DNA of 64,000 nucleotides, taken from the NCBI GenBank assembly GCA_002869385.1, contig PKTB01000002.1, positions 3,264 through 67,263 on the forward strand, given 5' to 3'. Made by a program: the position numbers and the translations under genes. The notes beneath the pieces are model-generated. The model searched no databases and was not told where the DNA came from. It was given only the letters and a program-made list of their open reading frames with translations. The stretch comes from Marinilabiliales bacterium (lineage in GTDB: Bacteria > Bacteroidota > Bacteroidia > Bacteroidales > ML635J-15). This document shows positions 53,321-62,800 of this stretch, piece by piece; the first letter of the stretch is position 1; every line of letters begins with the position of its first letter.

Positions 53321-54742
53321 TTAGTTTATAATTTTCATCAACTCCTCAAAACTCATTGGAGATGCAACAATTTTATTAGTTTTAGCATCAACCAGAAACA
53401 TTGTCGGAGTGGATAATATATAATATGATTCTGCTTCTTTACTGTTAATCCCACCCTGTGTCAAAATATGAATCCAACCGGGCAATTCCGGAATGCGTTT
53501 TTCCCATTTAGGAATTTCTGTATCTGACTCGTCTAGACTTAAAGCAAAAACTTCGAGTTTTGATTTATTGTTTTTATGCCATGCAAATAATTCTGTTATC
53601 AGGGCATGACAATGTTTACAATCTGCAGACCAAAATAAAACAAGTTTGTATGGTGCTTTTGTTTTATAATTGTGAAAACTAATATCTTTACCTGATTCAT
53701 CTTTAAATGTAAAATCAGGGGAAATTGCACCGTCTGTTAAGTTTTGTATGCCTGTAACTCTTTTGTCAATTTCCTTTCTTTTATAGGTCATGCAATTGGG
53801 ATCTTTAGTGTATTTCTCAAGCATTGTAATGCCTTCCTGAATATTCATCATTTCGTATCCATTGAAAAAATAATCAACCATCCAGCCATAGAAATATGGA
53901 TCACCTTTTTTTGATTCTTCAATTGCTTTTTCACCAGCCTCAAGAAATAATTCAGTCAGCATTTCCTGACTTGTTGCAAGCTCAATGTATTTGTTTACAT
54001 AATTATCCATCCACGATTTTAAATACGAAGTTCTGAGGATGTTTTTGTTGGTGAAATCCATACCTGTAAAATAATTATCTATCAGGCTTTGTTGACGTTC
54101 CATAATGTTTCCTTCCCAGTTTACATCAGGAACATAGTAGAAATAGAACATATTTGAACAAAAAAGATTTTTATGTTCTTTTAGTTGATTGTCTATCCAA
54201 TCATTGTGTTCTTTTCTTCTATCCTGAAACTCTTTTATTCCAGATTTGTAAAAATCAGAATCCTGATTATCATATTTAAGTATGAAAGTCTGAATTACAT
54301 CAAGCATTTCAAGGTTTTGCATAGTTTGATTTGCAAATTCACTTAGAACTTTGTTTTCAATGTCAGATTCATTAAAGTATGAGCTGTCTGGGTTATTTAT
54401 AAAATTAGGATTTGCAAAAAACACAACATTTTGCTTATTGATAATTATCATACGTTCTGCTTGTTGTGGCCTTCCAGATCCTTGCTTTCCGGCATACTCA
54501 AAAAACAGAATAAATTCACCAGGTAAATATTTTTCAGGAATTTCAATATTCTTTTGTTCACCATTTCTTACTGATGGAAACTCTTTTATCAGATTGTTGT
54601 TTCCTTCAGCGATAGAATATATTTGCAGTTTGCTTTCAGGTACTCCTGATAATGTTACTTTTAAGTTTGTCTGTGCATTTACAAAATAACATGAAAGTGT
54701 TAAGGCAATAATAAGGGAAAAAGTTTTTATTAAATTATTCAT
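53321..54742 (-). CDS. Thioredoxin-fold (TlpA/AhpC-like) lipoprotein with an N-terminal DUF4369-like domain
   Basis: Signal peptide. C-terminal FWSADCKHCHALITEL (CxxC) and …STPTMFLVD. Confidence 0.7.
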   Translation of the reverse strand: MNNLIKTFSLIIALTLSCYFVNAQTNLKVTLSGVPESKLQIYSIAEGNNNLIKEFPSVRNGEQKNIEIPEKYLPGEFILFFEYAGKQGSGRPQQAERMIIINKQNVVFFANPNFINNPDSSYFNESDIENKVLSEFANQTMQNLEMLDVIQTFILKYDNQDSDFYKSGIKEFQDRRKEHNDWIDNQLKEHKNLFCSNMFYFYYVPDVNWEGNIMERQQSLIDNYFTGMDFTNKNILRTSYLKSWMDNYVNKYIELATSQEMLTELFLEAGEKAIEESKKGDPYFYGWMVDYFFNGYEMMNIQEGITMLEKYTKDPNCMTYKRKEIDKRVTGIQNLTDGAISPDFTFKDESGKDISFHNYKTKAPYKLVLFWSADCKHCHALITELFAWHKNNKSKLEVFALSLDESDTEIPKWEKRIPELPGWIHILTQGGINSKEAESYYILSTPTMFLVDAKTNKIVASPMSFEELMKIIN

Positions 54743-54807
54743 TATTTAAGAAGTTTAAATACAAAATTATATTTAATATGTTGATTCAGCAATAAATATA
54801 TTGAAAA

Positions 54808-56001
54808 TCATGCCAGAATAACTGTACTCACAACCTTCTTTTTTAATTCATCAATTTCGAGTTGAATATAACCAGGTTTTGTTTTGTCGATACAATATCC
54901 TGCAATAAATTCATCTAGACTTAACTTTTGTCCCGGAACAGGAGGGAAGATGCTTTGTTGTATACAGCCATCGATCCCACTTGGCATTCCATCTGAACCA
55001 AAAATAAGGTCTTTCCCTGGAATAAAGCCTGCATCATCAATCAGCATTCTAAATGGATTGTTTATTTCGCAGTGCTTTTGGCTAAGTCTGTCTGAGTAAA
55101 TTACAGAATCCCAATTGAAATTTGGCTGCATACTCAAAATAATTCCAAGTTTTTTAGCGCGTATTGCTTGATCTTTAGTAATGAATTGTGAATGTTCAAT
55201 TCTTATATCCTGAGAGCCGATAGATTGTTTTAATTCCTCGAGGCTTTTAATAACTTGTTCAGATGCTTTGTCTCCAATGCAGTGTATTGCCAAACCTGTA
55301 TTTAATTCTAATAATTCTTCGATAGTTTGCAATATTTGACTATCAGAATACGTCAGTATGGGATTTGAGTTTATTTTATATCCTGAAATTGTCGCTGTGC
55401 AAGCACCAAGAGCACCATCAGTAAATATTTTAACTCCTTTGACCTTATCTTTTTGATTTTGATTTAATTCTGGAAATAATCTAGGAGAAATCCACAAATC
55501 TATTCTTTCCTGATGTCCGGATTCTATTGTGAAATCAATTAATTCAGAATCTGAAATGTACATATCAGAATTAATGTAAATGCCTTTTTTTTCAGAATCT
55601 TTTAAAGCATGTTCTAAACTATTTTTATCAAATTTGAAGAATCCGGAAATAAAACTAATGATTTGCTGGAGATTCTTTTCTACCCATAGCTGATTATTGT
55701 TGTTTTCAACCCATGCAGGGAAACTCTGGCATATTATGTTTGCAGCTTTACTATTGAAGTAATATTTGTGCAAAGAATTGTTTATAATAATTACAGCTTG
55801 ATTATTATTAAAATCACTATCGGTAAAATTGTAGTATGCGTCAAACCAACCTTTAGCAATGGTGATTTCATTTTTGTCTTTTAGTAATAAATCGAGTGCT
55901 TGTTTTTTCTCATTAGTATTAAACAAATCCAGGGCTTTGTTTAGCCCTGAATATGTATAAAAGTGGTTATGATTATCTTTTAGAAGCGGAATACTTACCA
56001 T
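54808..56001 (-). CDS. Amidohydrolase family metal-dependent hydrolase (Amidohydro_3-like)
   Basis: KDNHNHF, IHCIGDKA, RIEHSQF, SMQPNF and FGSDGMP. It overlaps the upstream ompA-family gene by 7 nt. Confidence 0.7.
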   Translation of the reverse strand: MVSIPLLKDNHNHFYTYSGLNKALDLFNTNEKKQALDLLLKDKNEITIAKGWFDAYYNFTDSDFNNNQAVIIINNSLHKYYFNSKAANIICQSFPAWVENNNNQLWVEKNLQQIISFISGFFKFDKNSLEHALKDSEKKGIYINSDMYISDSELIDFTIESGHQERIDLWISPRLFPELNQNQKDKVKGVKIFTDGALGACTATISGYKINSNPILTYSDSQILQTIEELLELNTGLAIHCIGDKASEQVIKSLEELKQSIGSQDIRIEHSQFITKDQAIRAKKLGIILSMQPNFNWDSVIYSDRLSQKHCEINNPFRMLIDDAGFIPGKDLIFGSDGMPSGIDGCIQQSIFPPVPGQKLSLDEFIAGYCIDKTKPGYIQLEIDELKKKVVSTVILA

Positions 56002-58118
56002 GTATCTTCTTCATAAATCAATTCGTCATCTTCGTCAATTTGTCCAAGAACCTTTAATTCGGTTCGTCTGTTTTTCTGACGTCCTTCAGGATTGTCAGTA
56101 CCATCTGGATTAGTGTTAGGAGCAATTGGATAATGCTCGCCATAACCTTTAGGTACAAGTCTTTCTTCGTCAATACCTTTATCGATTAGGTAATCAACAA
56201 CTGATTGAGCTCTGTCCTGAGATAATTGCATATTAAACTCATCTGTATCAACACTATCAGTGTGAGAACTAATCTCTACTATTAGGTTTGGATATGCTTC
56301 AAGTATTTTGTAAATGGTATTGTCAATAGTGATTTTTGCAGAGTCAGTCAATTCAGCCTTTGCAAATTCATAATAAATGTTTTTAACAATAAAAGACTGA
56401 GATGGGAATGTACTAACCATAATTGCATCCATTACCAATGTGTCCGATCTTGTAATCCCCTTAGTTGTTAAAGGTAATCGTATCTCTTTATTGTTAAAGT
56501 CTTTTACTGATATTACGTAATCTTTACCTTGATCCAGATTAAAGAAATAATTTCCTGGTGTCGTCATACTTGTCTTTACAAAGAACTCTCTTCCCTGATC
56601 GTCTTTAACAAATAAGTTTACCGGATAATCATAGAGTAGCTCTATTTCATCACTTTTGTCAAGTACATCTAAGCCAAGATCCATATCAGCTTTGTATTCA
56701 TCTCTGATACTTAGGAAAAATAGCGAATCAGTAATACCGAAGACTTCGCCTGTAACTGCGATATTTATAAAGTCTCTGTAAATAAATTCATATATATCAT
56801 CACAGCAATTTTCGTGACGCAATGAATATCCACCACTACGATTTGATGTGAAATAACCTCTGTGTCTTGTATCCTCAAGAATATAATATAAGTCGTCAAA
56901 ACTTGAATTTATTGGATAGCCAACATTTTTGGCCCCTTCGAAACTCTTTCCTTCACCAAAAGTTTTATAAATATCAAATCCACCCATTCCAGGCTGTCCT
57001 TCAGAGCTAAAATACATTGTTTTTGTATCAATATTGTAATATGGAGTTATTTCGTCCATAACAGTATTGATTCTTTTACCACAGTTTTTAGGTTCTTTCC
57101 AAAGTTCTTTTTTAGGATCAAAATATGTGTACCATATATCCCAGCCACCACGACCTTCTTCGCGATTTGAAACAAAATACAAAACATCCGTGCTTTTTCG
57201 TGAAACTCCTATTGTCGGCATTGTATTGCTGGTCATTGGCATGTTTACAATTTCCGGAAGAGCTATAGGCTCTTGCCATTCATTGTCTTTCAATTCAGAA
57301 ACAAATATTTTACAAATTACATTATGTTTAAAATCTTTTTCGCATCTGGAAAAGTAAAATCTTTGTTTATCTGCAGAGAAGGCACAATTACCGGTATTGA
57401 TATTTACTCCGTTAATAGTTGTATCCCATTCTCCAAGATTTTTCCATTTATCGCCTTGTCTTTGTGCTAAATAGAATTTTCTTGTGTGTAAAATGTCTAC
57501 GTCAGGGTCATAATATTTGATTTCGTCTTCTGGTAAAGATGCAAATATAAGTTTATCCTTATCATAAGGGATGGGAGAGAAATCGATATGAGGTTTATTT
57601 ACAGCTGTGTCTAGCAATGTTATAATTACGTTTAATGGGCTATCGACCAAAACTGGTATTGCAGCTATACCTTCGATGTAATCTTTAGCTAGTCTGTTAT
57701 ATGTTTTAAGGTCTCGTTCTCTTTTAGTTTCAGAGATAAACAAATTAAAATATTTATCAGCTTCTTCATATTCACCTAAAATATGCAAACATCTGGCATA
57801 ATTAAACAGGTCTAGGAAATTCTTTTTAGGGTCAGTTTTATAGGATTTTAGTAAATATACTTTGGCTTCCCTGTAATTTTTTTCTCTAAGGTAAAGGTTT
57901 CCAAGTGCACTTAGTACTTTTGGTTTATCTGGTTTTAGTTCGTTATAGATTTTATAATAATCAATAGCTGAGAAAATGTCACCTGACTTTTCAGCAATTT
58001 TAGCTTTCTTTAGTACTTGAAATGGTTTTAATGTTTCAGTATTAGGATCTTTATCCTGACTAAAAACATATCCTGCTGAAAGTGATATTATTGCGGCTAT
58101 AAGTAATATTCTTTTCAT
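55995..58118 (-). CDS. OmpA family protein with N-terminal TPR and PD40 repeats
   Basis: Signal peptide and TPR repeats. GGWDIWYT / GGFDIYKT PD40 signatures. C-terminal OmpA_C (ISSHTDS…N..LSQDRAQSV…G…RR…NRRTE). Confidence 0.85.
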   Translation of the reverse strand: MKRILLIAAIISLSAGYVFSQDKDPNTETLKPFQVLKKAKIAEKSGDIFSAIDYYKIYNELKPDKPKVLSALGNLYLREKNYREAKVYLLKSYKTDPKKNFLDLFNYARCLHILGEYEEADKYFNLFISETKRERDLKTYNRLAKDYIEGIAAIPVLVDSPLNVIITLLDTAVNKPHIDFSPIPYDKDKLIFASLPEDEIKYYDPDVDILHTRKFYLAQRQGDKWKNLGEWDTTINGVNINTGNCAFSADKQRFYFSRCEKDFKHNVICKIFVSELKDNEWQEPIALPEIVNMPMTSNTMPTIGVSRKSTDVLYFVSNREEGRGGWDIWYTYFDPKKELWKEPKNCGKRINTVMDEITPYYNIDTKTMYFSSEGQPGMGGFDIYKTFGEGKSFEGAKNVGYPINSSFDDLYYILEDTRHRGYFTSNRSGGYSLRHENCCDDIYEFIYRDFINIAVTGEVFGITDSLFFLSIRDEYKADMDLGLDVLDKSDEIELLYDYPVNLFVKDDQGREFFVKTSMTTPGNYFFNLDQGKDYVISVKDFNNKEIRLPLTTKGITRSDTLVMDAIMVSTFPSQSFIVKNIYYEFAKAELTDSAKITIDNTIYKILEAYPNLIVEISSHTDSVDTDEFNMQLSQDRAQSVVDYLIDKGIDEERLVPKGYGEHYPIAPNTNPDGTDNPEGRQKNRRTELKVLGQIDEDDELIYEEDTW

Positions 58119-58161
58119 CTGCTAGTTTGTTTCTTTTACACTTAAGTTTTCTGCACTAATC

Positions 58162-59184
58162 CTAATACCTGTCACATGGTAGGGCTACTTGAGTAAGAGT
58201 CCTACTAAGATCTTTATATACAATAGAAATTTCAAATGCACCTCGGTTATTTGTTGCCTGGCTAAGTTTGGATACGTTAATATCATAACTTAATCCAACA
58301 TCAAATCCATAAACACTCACACCACCTGTGAAAATAAGAGCATCAAAAGTATTTAGAGCTGTACGCATTTCAAAACCACCAAAAGCTTTCTCAATCAGAT
58401 TTCCTTCATCTAAAAGGTAATATGCTTGTGAGCCGATAATCCAGTCTCCGGCACGTTTGTGATACATAGTTAATAAATGTGGCTTAAGTATAATATTATC
58501 TTTTAGAGGATATTCTACACCACCATGTATAACTACACGCATTGGTAAATTATCTTCAGTTCTTAAGAAAGATTCTTCCGGACTGTTAATATGAAAAATT
58601 GCGAGTCCACCAAAAGGTTTAAGCTTGCCAAAGTCTCCTTTATATGATACGCCAAAGTTAATATCGGGATAATTAATATTCTCGTCCCATGTAGTAATAT
58701 TGTTCGGTAATTCTGGGTCAAATACACCACTTGTTTAGTTGTATTGACTTGGTACAGTTAATCCGTCAAGAGAGAATGATTTAACTATATATCCTACTTG
58801 CAAACCTACTCCAATTTGGTGAATCTGATCAATCTTACGCATATAATTTGCAGACAAGAATAGTTTATTTACAGTAAGCATACTGCTTCCAGACTTATCA
58901 TTTACAAAGAACACTCCTAATCCAATATCAGAGTCTTTTGTTAGTTTAAAGGGTTTATCAAAACCAGCTGATATAGTTTTGTAAGGAATACCTATGGCAC
59001 TCCATTGAGTACGATAATTGTTAGTAAATCTCCAATTGCCATCAAAAAATCCTGTTTGGGAAGGATTTAGTGACATAGGTGATGCATAAAACTGAGAAAA
59101 GTGAATATCTTGTGCATTCACAATTTTGCTAGTAAATAAGCAACTTATTGCTATCCCGACTAATATAAAAACTATCTTTTTCAA
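58162..59184 (-). pseudogene. porP: Type IX secretion system membrane protein PorP/SprF; in-frame TAA at complement 58735..58737
   Basis: AQDIHFSQFYASPMSLNPSQTGFFDGNWRFTNNYRTQWSAIG is the PorP/SprF signature. Across the stop it reads TVPSQYN*TSGVFDPELPNN…FGGLAIFHINSPEESF…, joining in frame to ORF 58162..58542. Confidence 0.85.
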
Positions 59185-59209
59185 TGCTTAAGACTTTATA
59201 TATTTTGTT

Positions 59210-59217
59210 CAAATATA
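59210..59217 (-). promoter_or_regulatory. Candidate -7 promoter box (TATATTTG on the minus strand) for porP/sprF-ompA-amidohydrolase
   Basis: The plus strand reads CAAATATA, 26 nt upstream of the porP ATG. Confidence 0.4.
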
Positions 59218-59553
59218 ATATTTGCTTTGACAACTTACAAATTTTACTCAAAAAAAGCATGACATTGGAGTGTGAATATTGAAAAAGAGATAAACAGATA
59301 ATATAAAACTAATGTGATATTTGATTCTTTTAAGCATGCTTATATTTTTCTATGTTTGAATAGTAATGTTTAGTTAGTTGCTTGTAATTTATATAAAAAT
59401 TTAATAAATTTATATCATGGAAAATGTAATTCTAGAATTAAAACATAATATTTGTTTATTATCAAATTGTTATTTATAATTCAATAGACTATTATTCCCT
59501 AATTTTACATGTAATAAAAAACTTATTAAACAATAAATTATTACTGAAAACAG

Positions 59554-59602
59554 GCTATAGCTGATAGGTTCTCTTAACAACAATTATCAGTTATAGCTTT
59601 TT
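59554..59602 (+). other. Terminator-like hairpin (13-bp stem, 18-nt loop, T5 tail) inside the long divergent intergenic region
   Basis: GCTATAGCTGATA (59554-59566) pairs with TATCAGTTATAGC (59585-59597), with one G-U pair, followed by TTTTT. Confidence 0.45.
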
Positions 59603-59646
59603 ATACAATACCTGTGAATGTTTATTAAGTATTTCGTATTTCCGTT

Positions 59647-59772
59647 ACATCATTCATCCTACACCGGTCACCTGTCATCCGTCATCTGTCACCCATCATC
59701 GGTCATCCGTCACCCGTCACCCGTCACCGGTCATCGGTCATCCGTCACCCGTCACCCGTCACCCGTCATCAA
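59647..59772. repeat. Heptanucleotide tandem array, about 18 units of TCAYCNG (15 clean units from 59668)
   Basis: Read directly: …TCACCTG TCATCCG TCATCTG TCACCCA TCATCGG TCATCCG TCACCCG TCACCCG TCACCGG TCATCGG TCATCCG TCACCCG TCACCCG TCACCCG TCATCAA. It lies 108-233 nt upstream of the adhesin ATG. Confidence 0.95.
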
Positions 59773-59824
59773 ACAGTTTTTAATATTTTTTACCTATGCA
59801 AATTGTTTTTTAAGTAAAAAAGTT

Positions 59825-59832
59825 TAATTTTG
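59825..59832 (+). promoter_or_regulatory. Candidate -7 promoter box TAATTTTG upstream of the PKD adhesin gene
   Basis: Exact TAnnTTTG match, 48 nt before the ATG at 59880. Confidence 0.4.
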
Positions 59833-59879
59833 TTTGTAATATCGAAAGATACTGTTTTTTAATTAAAAGCATTGTAATA

Positions 59880-62800
59880 ATGAAAAAAGGTATGAGAATA
59901 TTTTGGGTTTTGATGTTTGTTTTATTTGCATCAATTAGTTTTGCTCAACCGGTTGTTAGCTTTGATGCTTCAGCTATAGAAGCATGTGCACCGGCGGAAA
60001 TTACTTTTACAAATACAACAACAGGATGCACTGGAGCCGCTACTTATTATTGGTTAGACGGTAGTGGAGATAATTCAAATAATGAGAATCCTACTTTTTA
60101 TTATAATAGTGGAGGTACTTATACTGTTTCTCTTGAAGTTACCTGCGATGGTTTTACTGAGTCAAATACTATGGAGATAACTATCTATGACCCACCATCA
60201 GCATGATTTGCAGAAACTCCTTTAACAGGATGTGTCCCATATAATGCTAGTTTTAATGATGAATCAATTGAAGGTGATGGCCCTATAAATGGTTGGCAAT
60301 GGTATTTTGGTGATGGATTTAGTTCAACAACTCAGAATCCTTCACATCCATACACTACTGGAGGTAGCTTTAATGTTAGTCTTATTATAACAGACGTTAA
60401 TGATTGTACTGATGAATATACCAGTAATGGATTGGTTTCAGTTGCAAATCTTCCTGTTGTAAGTTTTACTGCAGATGAACCTTATATGTGTTATACTCCA
60501 CATACGGTAGAATTTACTGCAAGTGTTACAACTTCTTTTGGACTTGGATACACACTTGAATGGGATTTTGGTGATGGCAGCCCAACAGGTTCAGGCTCAC
60601 CTGCCAGTCATGAATATACAGTTGATGGGCTTTATGATGTTTCTTTAACTGCAACAGATGAATATGGTTGTGAAACTACAGTTGTTTATACAGATTTTGT
60701 TCAGTTAACAACAGCTACTCCAGAATATACTGTTTTGGAAGGCGATATTGTTTGTAAGGATCAACCTGTTCATTTTCAAAATGAAACAAGTTATTCTTGC
60801 TCATGGGATTTTGGTGATGGTTCTCCAACAAGTTATAACCCAACACCTGAACATATTTATTCGGCTTCAGGTGATTATGAAGTTACATTTACTGTTGATC
60901 CAGGAGGAACATGTGAAGCTAGTACTAGTTTTACTTTGACTGTTGAAGAGGTTACAGCTTCTTTTACAACTGATCCGACAAACTTATATTCTTGTACTGT
61001 TCCTTTTGAAGTTGACTTCTCCAGTACTGTTTCTGCAAATGTAACAGGTTATTTCTGGGTCTTTCAGGATGGAGGATCTTCTAATGAAGCAAATCCAACA
61101 TATACTTTTAACTCTGTTGGATCATGGCCTGTTGCTTTAACTGTTACGACAGAGCATGGTTGTGCGTATACATCTTTCGGACCTGTAGTTACAATAAATG
61201 TTCCTGATGCAAGTTTTACTGCTGACGAAATTGAGGGATGTGAACCATTAACAGTTAACTTTACATACACAGGAACAACACCTCAACCAAGTATTGAAGA
61301 CTATAGTTTGGATTTTAATAACGGCCAGACAATTTCTGGTGGAGGTCCTGCAGAATCTTCAACATTTGATGCTGGTGAATATACTGTAACATTAACAATT
61401 ACAGACGACCAGGGATGTATCGGAACTTCAACTGTTGATTTAAATATTGGAACTGTGTATGAACCTGATATAGATGTTTTTAATAATGATGAAGATCATA
61501 CTGTACTTGAAGACCACTACATTTGTGCACAAGACACTATGGCATTGTGGCTTGCTGAATGGGATTGGGAAGATTATGAATTTACTTGGTGGATTGATTC
61601 TTCACAAAATCAACAGGCAAGTCAGGAATATACTGAATATGCATTTGATCAGGATACAGGTTGGTATGACCTCAACATTATCACTTTGTATAACGGTTGC
61701 CGAGATACGATATATTGGGATAGTCTTCATGTTGATGGGCCTATTATAAATTCAATAAGTAATTCGACAGATTGTGCAAGTCCACTGGATTTTGTTTTTA
61801 CTTTAAATGAAACCGAAGCCGAATATTGGCATTGGGAGTTCTATTATTGGAGTGGAGATACTCAAATAATGATTGAAGAAGAAGATCCATCAACAAATAA
61901 TATATATCCAATAACATTTCCGGCGCAACAAAGCTATTGGTGTCGGGTAACTGCATATAATTCAATAACTTCATGTGAATTTGTTGATTCTGTTGAGATT
62001 AGTATATCTGCACCTCAAGCTATCTTTACACTTATTGATGATTAAATATGTGCAGAAACTCCACTTATTTTAAACGGTGGATCTTCGCTTAATGTTTCTG
62101 AATATTACTGGGATTATGGTGACGGGCAAAATTCCGGTTGGGTTACAGAGTCAGCGGTTCAACATGTTTGGAACAATACAGGCTGGTATACTATAACACT
62201 TACTGTTAGAGATGGAAACGGTTGCGAAAATTCAATAACTGATGATATTCATATATTAGGACCTGATATCGATATTAATGTAAGTGACACTTTTGGTTGT
62301 AATAGCCTTAATGTAACATTTACTGATAATTCTGTGGCAGACGAAGCAATTATCCAGGTTCTGTGGGACTTTAATAATGGTGATCAGTTAAATGGAAGCA
62401 TTGTTGAGTACACGTATGACGAAGTTGGAACATATGATGTGACAGTTTATGTTCAAACTGCTTCAGGTTGTTTGGCAGATACAACTTATTTCGATTTAAT
62501 TACTATTGCATCTGTAAACGCTGCATTTGCCGCACCAAATCAAATTGCTTGTGTTGGAGATGAACTTACATTTAATGCAGGAGAAACTTATCCGTCATAC
62601 GTTTATTCGTGGAACTTTGGTGAAGGAGCTCCTCTAGTAGTGAACAATCCAAATCCAACACATACATATACTTCAGGAGGCTATTTTGATGTGACTCTAA
62701 ATGTTGATAATTTGTTAGGTTGTACAGATGAAATAACATACGAAGATTTTATAATTGTTCAAGACCCAACTGCTAATTTTAGTCTTGGTGATAATACATT

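Noticed and set aside
59647-59772. Heptamer arrays (also at 4816-4864 and 6254-6309) as CRISPR arrays
   Set aside because: The units are 7 bp and directly abutting, with no spacers, and there are no cas genes. These are microsatellite-type tandem repeats.
59618-59827. 69-aa ORF (…SSVICHPSSVIRHPSPVTGHRSSVTRHPSPV…)
   Set aside because: Its low-complexity sequence is just the translation of the TCAYCNG heptamer array. It has no start context or coding signal.
1402-61749. About 30 short ORFs (60-112 aa) nested antisense or out of frame inside long genes, for example 1402..1638, 2222..2455, 3528..3803, 7183..7419, 18681..18932, 25674..25877, 47614..47874, 54351..54689, 57067..57357 and 61474..61749
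   Set aside because: Each lies entirely within a longer ORF that has clear family signatures. Their sequences are low-complexity or Leu/Ile/Phe-rich, as expected for shadow frames in AT-rich DNA.
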